Positions 1 through 9,086 of a stretch of DNA of 29,731 nt are shown in pieces. Within the stretch, counting starts at the first letter, position 1; each line of letters starts with the position of its first letter. Location: positions 11,227 to 40,957 of the forward strand of contig CAYQIR010000002.1 of assembly GCA_964417625.1 (NCBI GenBank), given 5' to 3'. A model generated the notes under the pieces. That model was not told the origin of the DNA, made no database searches, and saw only the letters and a program-made list of their open reading frames with translations. Source of the stretch: an uncultured Candidatus Saccharibacteria bacterium. Its GTDB lineage: Bacteria > Patescibacteriota > Minisyncoccia > Phycocordibacterales > WO2-35-19. The translations under genes and the position numbers were made by a program.

Positions 1-72
1 CAAACGTTCGTCCGAGAATGTCAGCCTGATGCTTTGATTGCAGGCCGAGCATCTCAAGTTCCAATGATTCAT
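1..72 (-). CDS. 5' fragment of a hypothetical protein with a CxxC motif (runs off the window)
   Basis: Minus strand reads TATAAT, then GAAGGAGG, then ATG at 72, giving MNHWNLRCSACNQSIRLTFSDERL, open to the window edge. Confidence 0.55.
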   Translation of the reverse strand, partial: MNHWNLRCSACNQSIRLTFSDERL

Positions 73-141
73 TCGGCGTAGCCTCCTTCAGTATTATACA
101 CCTAAACATATTTTTTGTCAATAAATCTTCACAACAAGCTA

Positions 142-150
142 TGCTAAAAT
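142..150 (+). promoter_or_regulatory. Extended -10 promoter for a leaderless ahpC transcript
   Basis: TGcTAAAAT lies 6 nt upstream of the ATG at 157, with no Shine-Dalgarno sequence. Confidence 0.5.
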
Positions 151-156
151 AAACTT

Positions 157-735
157 ATGATTCAAATAGGCGACAAGATACCGGAGCTTCAGTTTGAAGC
201 GTTCCACAATGAGCAGACCAAAAAAATAAAACTTTCCGATTACAAAGGTAAGTGGCTGGTTTTGCTTTTTTACCCGGCCGATTTTACTTTCATCTGCCCA
301 ACTGAGCTCGAGGAAGCGGCTGATTATTACGAAGAATTCAAAAAATTGGGCGCCGAGATTTTGAGTATTTCTACCGACACCGTTTTCGTCCACAAAGCAT
401 GGCACGACCATTCACCGGCAATTAAAAAAGTGAAGTACCCGATGGCCGCCGACCCGACCGGTAAACTCTGCCGGGCCTTCGGCACTTATATAGAGGGCGA
501 CGGAGAAGAAGACGAAGGGCTCTCGAGACGCGCCACCTTTATCATTTCTCCCCAAGGCATCCTCAAAGCTTACGAGATGCACGACAACAGCATCGGCCGC
601 AGCACCGAAGAGATATTACGCAAACTGCAAGCGGCCAAGTTTACCCGCGAGCACAAAGGCCAGGTCTGCCCGGTCAGCTGGAAGCCGGGGCAAAAAACGC
701 TCAAGCCCGGCCTGAAGCTTGTCGGCAAGATTTAA
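157..735 (+). CDS. ahpC: 2-Cys peroxiredoxin (AhpC/Prx1)
   Basis: FYPADFTFICPTE peroxidatic motif and C-terminal VCP resolving Cys; 192 aa. Confidence 0.95.
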   Translation: MIQIGDKIPELQFEAFHNEQTKKIKLSDYKGKWLVLLFYPADFTFICPTELEEAADYYEEFKKLGAEILSISTDTVFVHKAWHDHSPAIKKVKYPMAADPTGKLCRAFGTYIEGDGEEDEGLSRRATFIISPQGILKAYEMHDNSIGRSTEEILRKLQAAKFTREHKGQVCPVSWKPGQKTLKPGLKLVGKI

Positions 736-770
736 TAAATTGTTCAAATATTAAAAATAATTAAAATAAA

Positions 771-1118
771 ATGTCACCAGAAAAACCATACAACCCGACT
801 CCCGAGGAAATAGCCTCGGCTGTGGGAAAAACCGAAGAAGAAATGAGTGAGTATCTACCGTCCCACCCGACCACCAAAAATGTAAACAGGGCCATGACTG
901 ACGTAGCGGCCCAGTTTGGCGAAAAGTTTGAAGGAGGCGATCCGGCAATGTCAGAAGAAGAGGTTATAAATAAATATAATGAAGAAGGCTGGAACTTGGT
1001 GAGCGTATTATCCAAAGTGGAGGAAGCAGACACCGCCAAAGAAGGAAAAGAAATCAAAATAGTCGGTTTGGGTGATAAATTTTTGGTTTTTGAAAAAGAC
1101 AAGAGAGACGAAGAATAA
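771..1118 (+). CDS. Acidic hypothetical protein with a DUF4177-like segment
   Basis: 115-aa ORF co-oriented with its neighbours; INKYNEEGWNLVSV resembles the DUF4177 'LNxxGxEGWELVSV' motif. Confidence 0.6.
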   Translation: MSPEKPYNPTPEEIASAVGKTEEEMSEYLPSHPTTKNVNRAMTDVAAQFGEKFEGGDPAMSEEEVINKYNEEGWNLVSVLSKVEEADTAKEGKEIKIVGLGDKFLVFEKDKRDEE

Positions 1119-1127
1119 ATTTTATTT

Positions 1128-1535
1128 ATGAAGAAGATGCTTAAAATTTCATCGCTTATCACAATCCTTGCCGGCATGATTATGATCGGCAGCGGTTCGT
1201 GGGGCCTCATATTTACGCATAATAGCATTAAGAGAGAAAAGATAACGACTCACAGTGAGGCTTCCATTCCAAACGTTCTCATAGCCGGGCCGTTAACCCT
1301 AAAATCCCAGGCTGACGTTATCAGGGTTCATACCCTTCGCGCTACTGGCGGAAAAACGTTTGCCGAGACGCCGACGACTACTCCCCGGGATATTTGGATC
1401 ACCGCCCTGACGCTCACAACCGCTTTAAATTTTGGCATTTTAGCGTATATTCTTTCCGGCGCCGCCCTGCTTTTGGGCCTTGTGTTTATTTGGATCGGAA
1501 TAGCATTTTTTGCTTTAAGCAAGAAGAACTTTTAA
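1128..1535 (+). CDS. Small two-TM membrane protein of unknown function
   Basis: N- and C-terminal hydrophobic helices; GPLTLKSQADVIRVHTLRATGGKTFAE resembles an actinobacterial small membrane protein family often mislabelled 'aromatic ring-opening dioxygenase LigA'. Confidence 0.7.
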   Translation: MKKMLKISSLITILAGMIMIGSGSWGLIFTHNSIKREKITTHSEASIPNVLIAGPLTLKSQADVIRVHTLRATGGKTFAETPTTTPRDIWITALTLTTALNFGILAYILSGAALLLGLVFIWIGIAFFALSKKNF

Positions 1536-1542
1536 AAACAAA

Positions 1543-2160
1543 CTATTTTGCTAAATATTTTATCGGGTTAACAATATCACCATCGGGTTTTGGACCGCAG
1601 GTTTCGTCATCTTTTATTTTCAAATCTTCGGTTTTAAAAACCGAAAAGTGCAGGTGCGGCCCGGTCGCGAGGCCGGTCGTGCCGATGAGGCCCAAAACAT
1701 CTCCTTTCTTCAATTTATCGCCGACAGCGATTTTGATTTTACTTAGATGGGCATATAACAAGGTATGGCTGTCGTTTTCATTTTGCACCATTACAAATTT
1801 GCCGTAGCCACGACGGTAACAATATTTATCCTGGTCGCCAATGTAAACCACTTTGCCACGGCTCTCGGAAAGTATTTCCGCCCCATAGGCAGCGGCGATA
1901 TCGATGCCGTTATGCCGGCCGTCCCGAAGGCCTCCAAAAACAGCAGCGAACTGAGTCCGGCCGTAACCCTGGGAAATATGGTTTGGAAAATCGGTTGAAG
2001 TAAAATCAACTTTTTTTAGAGAAGTTTTGGCGGTAAATTCCTTGGCCCGGTCCTCTGCCGGAGAAGCGGGGTATAAAAACCCGACCAAGAGGAAGAAGAA
2101 AAAGCTGAGAATTAACATATGGTATAAGCCTTTGTCGCGCAGAGAATCCATAACCGCCAC
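1543..2160 (-). CDS. M23-family peptidase with an N-terminal membrane anchor (start may be the ATG at 2151)
   Basis: HNGIDI (HxxxD) and GPHLHF (HxH) zinc motifs, YAHL, and an N-terminal hydrophobic stretch. Confidence 0.9.
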   Translation of the reverse strand: MAVMDSLRDKGLYHMLILSFFFFLLVGFLYPASPAEDRAKEFTAKTSLKKVDFTSTDFPNHISQGYGRTQFAAVFGGLRDGRHNGIDIAAAYGAEILSESRGKVVYIGDQDKYCYRRGYGKFVMVQNENDSHTLLYAHLSKIKIAVGDKLKKGDVLGLIGTTGLATGPHLHFSVFKTEDLKIKDDETCGPKPDGDIVNPIKYLAK

Positions 2161-2207
2161 ATCATAGCAAACTTTTATTGTAGAGGATAATCTGGTAATA
2201 TTCGGGT

Positions 2208-3155
2208 ATGCAAAAAACCGTACTTTCTGGCATCAAGCCCACGGGGCGGCCGCATCTCGGCAATTATTTCGGCATGATGAAGCAGCTCATCGCTATGCAG
2301 AGCGAAGGCAAAGTGCTCGGGATAATCGTCGATTATCATGCCTTGAACCTCATTCAAAACGCCGAGGAGATGCGCTCGCTCACCCGCGAAATCGCCATTG
2401 ATTATCTGGCTCTCGGGTTTGATACCGAAAAGAATATTCTCTTCAAACAATCCGACGTGCCGGAGCACACCGAGCTTGCTTGGATTTTTGACACTATCAC
2501 TACCGTCCCTTACCTCAAACGCGCCCATGCTTATAAAGACGCGATCGCGAAAGGTGGGGAAGAAGATGTAAGTGTCGGCCTTTTCAATTACCCAATGCTC
2601 ATGGCGGCCGATATTTTGCTTTATGACACCGATATTGTGCCGGTCGGCCAAGACCAAAAACAACACATTGAATTTGCTCGCGACACAGCCGAAAAGTTTA
2701 ACCGCATTTTTGGCGAAGCTTTCAAATTACCCGAAGCTTACATTTTAAAAGACCTAGAAATAGTGCCGGGCCTAGACGGCCGCAAGATGAGCAAAAGTTA
2801 CGGCAATACGATTTCACTTTTTGCCACCGATGCTGAAATTGAAGAAAAAGTGATGAGTATAGTGACTGATTCAAGCGGGGAGAAGCCACAAAACGTTTTT
2901 GCCATTCATAAACTTGTAAGACCAGTGGATGAGCTTGAAAAAGTTTATCAGGAAAATAAAGGCAAGTACAAGGCGCTCAAAGAAATATTGATTGAAGACC
3001 TCAAAAATTTCATCGGGCCTCTGCGAGAAAAGAGAGGACAAATCGCCAATGATTCCGCTTTGGTAGACCGAGTCTTAACTGAGGGTAAAGCCAAAGCCCG
3101 AGCGCTCGCGAGCGCCAAAATGGCAGCTGTCAAAAAAGCAATAGGTGTGGTATAA
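2208..3155 (+). CDS. trpS: Tryptophan-tRNA ligase
   Basis: SGIKPTGRPHLGNY (HIGH), VPVGQDQKQH and KMSKS motifs. Confidence 0.97.
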   Translation: MQKTVLSGIKPTGRPHLGNYFGMMKQLIAMQSEGKVLGIIVDYHALNLIQNAEEMRSLTREIAIDYLALGFDTEKNILFKQSDVPEHTELAWIFDTITTVPYLKRAHAYKDAIAKGGEEDVSVGLFNYPMLMAADILLYDTDIVPVGQDQKQHIEFARDTAEKFNRIFGEAFKLPEAYILKDLEIVPGLDGRKMSKSYGNTISLFATDAEIEEKVMSIVTDSSGEKPQNVFAIHKLVRPVDELEKVYQENKGKYKALKEILIEDLKNFIGPLREKRGQIANDSALVDRVLTEGKAKARALASAKMAAVKKAIGVV

Positions 3156-3162
3156 AGAAAAG

Positions 3163-4587
3163 ATGAAAAGAACTTACATAAGAGATTTGAAAGATAATGT
3201 CGGCAAAGAAGTGACCATAGCCGGGTGGGTTTCGATAGTCCGCGACCAGGGCAAGATGATATTTTTTGACTTTCGCGATATGACTGGCACGGTCCAGGGA
3301 GTGATCCTCTCCAATAAAAAAGATTTGATAGAAAAGGCCAAACCAGTCAGGACAGAATGGGTGGTAGAAGTGTCCGGCACAGTCAACCAAAGACCGGCCA
3401 AAATGGTCAACGACAAAGTTCAGAATGGCGATATTGAGCTGGAAGTAAACGGTTTTGAAATCCTAAACAAAGCGGAAACTTTGCCTTTTGATATCGCAGG
3501 CGACACTTCGGGCATAGATGAAAATACCAGATTAAAATATCGCTACCTGGACCTCCGCAGCGAGAGGATGCAGCGAAATATCAGGTTGCGCAGCGAGTTT
3601 GTGCGGCGAGTGAGAGAACATCTCTTCAGCAAATTTTTCACCGAGATAGAGACCCCGCTCCTGACCGAGTCCACCCCCGAAGGTTCACGCGACTTCGTAG
3701 TACCTTCACGCTTGAACCCTGGCAAGTTTTACGCCTTGCCCCAGTCACCCCAACAATACAAACAGCTCCTCATGACCGCCGGCTTTGAAAGATATTTCCA
3801 AATTGCTCGTGCAGTCCGCGATGAAAATCTCCGTGCCGACCGCGGCTTTGAACACACTCAGGTTGACCTAGAGATGTCGTTCGTACAAATGGAAGATGTA
3901 ATGAACACGGTAGAAGAAATGGTCACGAATGTTGTGGAAGCCATGGGCTACAAAATAAAAGAGAAGCCCTTCCCGAGAATTGCTTACAAAGATGCAATGC
4001 AAAAGTATGGTGCCGACAAGTTTGACTTGCGTACTCCCGAAGAAAAAGAGCAGGGGATTTTGGCCTATGCTTGGGTCGTCAACTTCCCATTTTTTGAAAA
4101 GACCGATCCGAAAGCCGGCACCGGTATGGAAAAGGGTAACTGGACCTTTACCCACAACCCCTTCTCAATGCCAATACCAGAACACTTGGAATGGCTCATG
4201 GAAGGCAAAAATATCGAAGACATCCTCACCACCCAATACGACCTGGTCTGCAACGGTTATGAATCTGGCGGGGGATCAATCCGCGCACACAAACCGGAAA
4301 TTTTGCGAGCCACTTACAAAGTGATTGGTTATTCGGATGAAGAAATAGAAAAAAGCGTCGGCCATATGCTTGAAGCTTTCAAATACGGCACTCCGCCCCA
4401 CGGCGGTATCGCTCTTGGTGTCGAGCGCAATATCATGAACCTGACCGGCGAAACCTTTTTGCGCGAAGTGCAATCGTTCCCGATGACCCGCGGCGGCCAA
4501 ACCGCAGTCATGAACGCGCCCAAAGAATTGACCGAAAAACAACTCAAAGAGTTGTCCCTCAAGATCGAAGAGAAAGACAAAAAATAA
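3163..4587 (+). CDS. aspS: Aspartate-tRNA ligase, short bacterial type lacking the GAD insertion domain
   Basis: OB-fold N-terminus, TPEGSRDF, ALPQSPQQYKQLLM, RDENLRADR and PPHGGIALG; the ATG at 3163 avoids overlap with trpS. Confidence 0.95.
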   Translation: MKRTYIRDLKDNVGKEVTIAGWVSIVRDQGKMIFFDFRDMTGTVQGVILSNKKDLIEKAKPVRTEWVVEVSGTVNQRPAKMVNDKVQNGDIELEVNGFEILNKAETLPFDIAGDTSGIDENTRLKYRYLDLRSERMQRNIRLRSEFVRRVREHLFSKFFTEIETPLLTESTPEGSRDFVVPSRLNPGKFYALPQSPQQYKQLLMTAGFERYFQIARAVRDENLRADRGFEHTQVDLEMSFVQMEDVMNTVEEMVTNVVEAMGYKIKEKPFPRIAYKDAMQKYGADKFDLRTPEEKEQGILAYAWVVNFPFFEKTDPKAGTGMEKGNWTFTHNPFSMPIPEHLEWLMEGKNIEDILTTQYDLVCNGYESGGGSIRAHKPEILRATYKVIGYSDEEIEKSVGHMLEAFKYGTPPHGGIALGVERNIMNLTGETFLREVQSFPMTRGGQTAVMNAPKELTEKQLKELSLKIEEKDKK

Positions 4588-4596
4588 TTTTAGCTA

Positions 4597-4778
4597 GGTA
4601 TAGAGGATTCAACCACATACACAGATGTAAGACGACCGTCAATGATCTGTGTATGCGATATTATACACTTTTTCTTTACGTGACGGTCGTGAATTTTTAT
4701 ATATTTGCATACCTTAATACTCAACATTTTTTGCTATCGCTGAATTTGTTGAGTATGTTTTGTAGCGATTAATCGCTA
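4597..4778. other. Structured intergenic region (candidate ncRNA or pseudoknot, plus palindromes)
   Basis: 11-bp IR at 4616-4626/4645-4655; its loop 4632-4641 is the exact reverse complement of 4681-4690; 10-bp IR at 4717-4726/4747-4756; 16-bp palindrome at 4763-4778. Confidence 0.45.
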
Positions 4779-4869
4779 TATTTATTAAGAGCAACCAAAC
4801 TACTGATTGAAGAATATATAATCAACTTCTATGAATAATTCTAAATAAAGAAAACCGCCCCGCCGGCTA

Positions 4870-5427
4870 TTAGAGCAGACGGGGACGGATCACAACAAGA
4901 ACGACCATGATGGTCTCTATTATCGTGAAAGTGAGCGGTTGCAACGCCTCTGCTAAGTTCCATTTCTTGATGGCGAACAGAGCAAAGACGCACGATACGA
5001 ACCAGACAAACCAAGCTATTGGGTCTTCTCCAGATGGATTTCTGTAACCCTTTTCAAATGTTGGAAAAGCTCCGATGAAAACCGCGGCTTGAGAACAAAC
5101 GATGGCAATTGTTGCCTCGCCATATTTTTTCCAAAGAATGATGCCAGCTAAGGCCCCGACAACACTGACCCATTCGATGGATCCCATCGTCGGCTTACCA
5201 AAGACAACAGCAAGAGTTGCGACAACCCATGCTCCGACAACAGCTCCAGTAAGTTGCCCGGTTGACGGCACCTCCTTCTTTTTCATGGCGATTAGGGCTA
5301 GCGTGTCAACGCTCGCCCAAATCGCCCACGATACTGGAGAAGGGCCTTCCCCGACTGGATTGTTTATGATTGCCCAGATGTAGGGCAAAAAAGCGACAAA
5401 GAACAGAATTCCTGAAATGGTATTCAC
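4870..5427 (-). CDS. Multi-pass membrane protein with a PQ-loop/SemiSWEET-like two-repeat architecture
   Basis: About 6-7 hydrophobic helices with two similar repeats (AFLPY..PVSWAIW and AFPT..PIAWFVW); GTG start preceded by AGGAGG. Confidence 0.7.
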   Translation of the reverse strand: MNTISGILFFVAFLPYIWAIINNPVGEGPSPVSWAIWASVDTLALIAMKKKEVPSTGQLTGAVVGAWVVATLAVVFGKPTMGSIEWVSVVGALAGIILWKKYGEATIAIVCSQAAVFIGAFPTFEKGYRNPSGEDPIAWFVWFVSCVFALFAIKKWNLAEALQPLTFTIIETIMVVLVVIRPRLL

Positions 5428-5485
5428 TTTCCAACCTCCTGCTTCTAATTATATCACATTCACTAAAAAATGCAATGGGTATTTT

Positions 5486-5525
5486 CCCCATCTCCTTGAC
5501 TAAGGAGAGGGTAGGAGGTGAGGTT
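5486..5525 (+). repeat. REP-like palindrome (DUF559-associated family)
   Basis: TCTCCTT-gact-AAGGAGA hairpin followed by the GGGTAGGAGGTGAGGTT tail; matches the copies at 11822 and 24465. Confidence 0.65.
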
Positions 5526-5546
5526 AGAATGTGTTAAAATCTAAGG

Positions 5547-6323
5547 GTGGATACTAATTTCAAAGTGAAAGTGGGGGAGTTTGAGGGGCCGCTGGATTTG
5601 CTTTTGGATTTGATAGAGAAGAGGAAACTCCATATCAGCAACGTATCGCTCTCGCAAGTGGCGGACGAATTTACCGCCTACACCAAATCTTTTGAAGATT
5701 TTCCCATTGGCGACAGCGCCGATTTTATTTTGGTCGCTTCTACATTGCTCCTTATTAAATCCAAATCGCTTTTGCCCACGATTGATCTGACACCCGAAGA
5801 ACAGGTGAGCATTGAGGATTTAGAGGCTCGGCTGGCTCTTTATAAAAAATACAAAGATTTATCGGTTGGATTGGGAAAGATGTTTGGCAATTTTTTGTAT
5901 TTTGCCAAAGAAAAAAAACAGAAAATGGTTGTTTTTGCTCCTACTCCAGACATATCGCTCTCGTCTTTAAAAAACACTCTCTCCGAAATGCTGCAGAACA
6001 TCCCTAAAATAGAAAACTTGTCGAAAGTGATGGTGCAAAAAATTATCAGCCTGGAGGAGATGGTAGAAAAATTATCGGAGCGGATAAGGAGTAGCATCAG
6101 CACCAGCTTCTCGGACTTTGCAGGAATAGGGAAAACGGGTGGTTTGGCCCATTCGAATTTCTCAGGGCAAGCAATCTCACCACAAGCAAGAGTAAATGTG
6201 ATAGTGAGTTTTTTGGCTATGTTAGAGTTGGTCAAGCAGGGCTTGGTCCGCGTCAATCAGGACCGGCAGTTTGAGGATATCCGTATGGAGTCAGATAAAG
6301 TTAGCACGCCCGCTTATTTGTAA
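5547..6323 (+). CDS. scpA: Segregation and condensation protein A
   Basis: FEGPLDLLLDLIEKRKL N-terminus and VIVSFLAMLELVKQG C-terminus; followed by scpB. Confidence 0.93.
   Translation: MDTNFKVKVGEFEGPLDLLLDLIEKRKLHISNVSLSQVADEFTAYTKSFEDFPIGDSADFILVASTLLLIKSKSLLPTIDLTPEEQVSIEDLEARLALYKKYKDLSVGLGKMFGNFLYFAKEKKQKMVVFAPTPDISLSSLKNTLSEMLQNIPKIENLSKVMVQKIISLEEMVEKLSERIRSSISTSFSDFAGIGKTGGLAHSNFSGQAISPQARVNVIVSFLAMLELVKQGLVRVNQDRQFEDIRMESDKVSTPAYL
6142..6172 (+). repeat. Possible degenerate palindromic insertion inside scpA
   Basis: GTTTGGCCC-ATTCGAATTTCTCA-GGGCAAGC hairpin; shares TCG..CTCAGG with the gltX insertion and falls in a low-complexity linker. Confidence 0.35.
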
Positions 6324-6330
6324 ATAACCC

Positions 6331-6879
6331 ATGGAAAATTTAGAACAAAAAATTGAAGCAGTACTGTTTTATGAGAACGAGCCGATGGAAATAAAGCGGC
6401 TAGCTAAACTTTTGGAAAAAAGCGAGAACGAAATAAAAGCGGCATTGAAAAATCTGAGTGAATCGCTCCAAAACCGCGGGGTCTGTTTGGTTATGACGGA
6501 AAAAGAAGCGAGCCTCGCAACTGCGCCAGAAATGCAACCCTTGGTAGAGAAAATCGCAAAGGACGAGATGAGCAAAGAAATCGGCAAAGCGGGCTTGGAA
6601 ACATTGGCCATAATACTTTATAATGGGCCTATATCCCGAAGGGAGATTGATTGCGTGAGAGGAGTCAATTCGACCTTTATATTGCGAAACTTATGCATTC
6701 GGGGACTGGTGGAAAGAGGGGAAGACCCGAGAGATAAGCGAACCTTCAGATACAAAAGCAGTTTGAACCTGTTGGCCGCCTTGGGAGTTAAGAAAGTGGA
6801 AGATTTGCCTGATTTTGCGACATTTCAGCAGAAGCTCGGCGAACTGAAAGAACAAAGCAATGAAGGAGAACAAATTTAA
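6331..6879 (+). CDS. scpB: Segregation and condensation protein B
   Basis: IEAVLF, LETLAIILYNGPISRREIDCVRGVNS and LIRGLV-like motifs. Confidence 0.93.
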   Translation: MENLEQKIEAVLFYENEPMEIKRLAKLLEKSENEIKAALKNLSESLQNRGVCLVMTEKEASLATAPEMQPLVEKIAKDEMSKEIGKAGLETLAIILYNGPISRREIDCVRGVNSTFILRNLCIRGLVERGEDPRDKRTFRYKSSLNLLAALGVKKVEDLPDFATFQQKLGELKEQSNEGEQI

Positions 6880-7828
6880 AGATTTTTTTAATATCGAAAA
6901 CCGGACAAAATATTTTGTTCATGTCTTTGGCGTTTTGCTTTTCTTTTCAGTTGTTATTTTCGGCTTGCTCTTAATCGGGGAGAGAGCTCTCAGCAGGCCG
7001 CCGGAGGTTTCCGCCGAGGAAACACCGGACCCATTTGAAAATATAGAAATCCGGGCCAAAGGCGCTATTGTCTGGGATGTGGTAAACGACCGGAAGCTTT
7101 TTGGAAAAAACCAGGACATGCCTCTGCCCCTCGCTTCACTCACCAAAGTCATGACCGCCGTAACAGCCAATTCCGAATTGCCCGATAATCTCAATATAGA
7201 AATTTTGAATGAGTATCTCTCTCCGGAAGGAGATTCGCAGCTGGAAGCAGGCGATGTTTGGAGGGCAAGCGATCTCCGAGATTTTACTCTGCTCACTTCT
7301 TCCAATGACGGCGCCTTTGCTCTGGCGTCAGTCTCCGAATCAAGGGCTAATCCTCAAACAGATAATCCGGCAGATAACAGGACGAAATTTATCAAGGCGA
7401 TGAACGACACCGCTTCAAAAATCGGCCTGTCCAACAGCCGATTTTTCAACGAGCACGGCTTGGACCGCGAAGAAGACAGGGGAGGCGCTTACGGCTCGGC
7501 CAAAGACATGGCTCTATTGTTTGAATACACCCTCCAGAATCATCCGCAGATTTTGGAAGGCACTCGCTACAAAAATCTGAAATTTGAAAGCGCCGAAAAA
7601 ATATATTCCGCCGAAAATACCAACGCCTTTGTAGATCAGATACCGAACATCTTAGCCTCCAAGACCGGCTACACCGACCTGGCCGGCGGCAACCTGGTCA
7701 TCGCTTATGACGCCGGGCTCAATAGGCCAATTATCATCTCTGTCCTCGGCTCCACCGAAGAAGGCCGGTTTGAAGACACTTTGAAATTGGTGGACGCCAG
7801 CCTAAAATACATCCAAGCCGAACTATGA
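6860..7828 (+). CDS. D-alanyl-D-alanine carboxypeptidase (peptidase S11), membrane anchored
   Basis: ASLTK (SxxK), SSND (SxN), KTG triad and an N-terminal TM helix. Confidence 0.9.
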   Translation: MKENKFKDFFNIENRTKYFVHVFGVLLFFSVVIFGLLLIGERALSRPPEVSAEETPDPFENIEIRAKGAIVWDVVNDRKLFGKNQDMPLPLASLTKVMTAVTANSELPDNLNIEILNEYLSPEGDSQLEAGDVWRASDLRDFTLLTSSNDGAFALASVSESRANPQTDNPADNRTKFIKAMNDTASKIGLSNSRFFNEHGLDREEDRGGAYGSAKDMALLFEYTLQNHPQILEGTRYKNLKFESAEKIYSAENTNAFVDQIPNILASKTGYTDLAGGNLVIAYDAGLNRPIIISVLGSTEEGRFEDTLKLVDASLKYIQAEL

Positions 7829-8904
7829 TTATAGACATCGTAAAAGTTTTTTTGCCGGCAATCGGGTCATTCGTGATTGGGATTTTGATGACCCCGTTTT
7901 TGACCGACTTCCTTTATTCCCATCAAATGTGGAAAAAGAAATCCGGCAAAGTCGATATGAGAGGAGACGATACGCCGATTTTCAACGAGCTTCACAAAGA
8001 AAAACAAGTAAACACTCCCAGAATGGGAGGAGTGGTGGTCTGGGGGTCAGTTTTTATCACCATATCGGTAATTTGGCTTTTAGCTGAATTTATAAGCGGG
8101 CCGACTCTCATCAATCTGGATATTCTTTCCAGGAGCCAGACTTGGATCCCGCTTGCCGCGCTTATTTTAGGCGGGCTTGTCGGTCTCGTTGACGATTATC
8201 TAGTGACCAGGCCGATAGAAGGCAAATATGAAGCAGGAGGAATACCGCTTAAAAAACGGCTGGGAATTGTTTTTGTAATGGCACTTCTTTGCGCGCTTTG
8301 GTTTTATTTTAAGCTGGATGTAAATTCTATCGGGTTGCCGGAGCAGTTTGGCACGGAAATTTTCTTGGGAGCGTTTTTCGTCCCGTTTTTCATATTAGTA
8401 ATATTGGCGATTTACGCCGGAGGGGTTATAGACGGCATTGATGGGCTTTCCGGAGGCGTGTTTGCAACAATGTTTGCCGCCTACGGAGGCATCGCTTTTT
8501 ATCAACAGCAGTATGACTTGGCCGCTTTTTGCGCCGCGGTGGTCGGAGGGATTTTAGCTTTTCTCTGGTTCAATATTCCTCCAGCGCGATACTACATGTC
8601 AGACACCGGCATGATGGGGCTTACGATCACCCTAGGCATTGTGGCCTTTATGACCGATAGGTTGGGGGATGGCTATGGTATTCTGGTTCTGCCTATGATT
8701 GCTCTGCCTCTCGTCGTCACGGTGCTGTCGGATATTATCCAAGTCTTATCAAAAAAATTCAGAGGGAAAAAGGTGTTTTTGGTCGCTCCGCTCCACCATC
8801 ACTTTGAAGCCATTGGCTGGCCGGCTTACAAAGTCACCATGCGCTACTGGATTATTGCCATCATGTGCGCCATCCTCGGCATCACTTTGGCGCTCTTGGG
8901 ATAG
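7825..8904 (+). CDS. mraY: Phospho-N-acetylmuramoyl-pentapeptide transferase
   Basis: TPRMGG, GLVDD, DGIDGL, FLWFN..PARYYMSDTG and APLHHHFE. Confidence 0.93.
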   Translation: MIIDIVKVFLPAIGSFVIGILMTPFLTDFLYSHQMWKKKSGKVDMRGDDTPIFNELHKEKQVNTPRMGGVVVWGSVFITISVIWLLAEFISGPTLINLDILSRSQTWIPLAALILGGLVGLVDDYLVTRPIEGKYEAGGIPLKKRLGIVFVMALLCALWFYFKLDVNSIGLPEQFGTEIFLGAFFVPFFILVILAIYAGGVIDGIDGLSGGVFATMFAAYGGIAFYQQQYDLAAFCAAVVGGILAFLWFNIPPARYYMSDTGMMGLTITLGIVAFMTDRLGDGYGILVLPMIALPLVVTVLSDIIQVLSKKFRGKKVFLVAPLHHHFEAIGWPAYKVTMRYWIIAIMCAILGITLALLG

Positions 8905-8908
8905 TATG

Positions 8909-9077
8909 ATACGAAAATTATGCGAAAGCTACAAAAAGGTAACGAGAATTTTTTCTTCCTTCTCCTTCGCAACCCGTCCGACTGGGTCATCCACCTGTGC
9001 CGGTACGGACAGGTCCGGGCGGAGGAGAGGGGTTGGGGTGAGGTCGAGTTTTTGCAGCTTTTCGTATTATTTCGTAT
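8909..9077. repeat. Nested inverted-repeat element between mraY and ftsW
   Basis: Imperfect ~29-bp IR at 8909-8937/9049-9077; inner 12-bp stem at 8958-8969/9020-9031 with a REP-type GGGGTTGGGGTGAGG tail; innermost ACCTGT..ACAGGT hairpin. Confidence 0.55.
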
Positions 9078-9086
9078 GATTTTCGT

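Noticed and set aside
4099-4140. Palindromic insertion in aspS (TDPKAGTGMEKG)
   Set aside because: Possibly a short extra loop, but I see no convincing inverted repeat or similarity to the other elements.
4588-4869. 6S RNA after aspS (as in some Firmicutes)
   Set aside because: I could not fold a single ~180-nt rod with a central bubble; the pairings are local hairpins and a pseudoknot instead.
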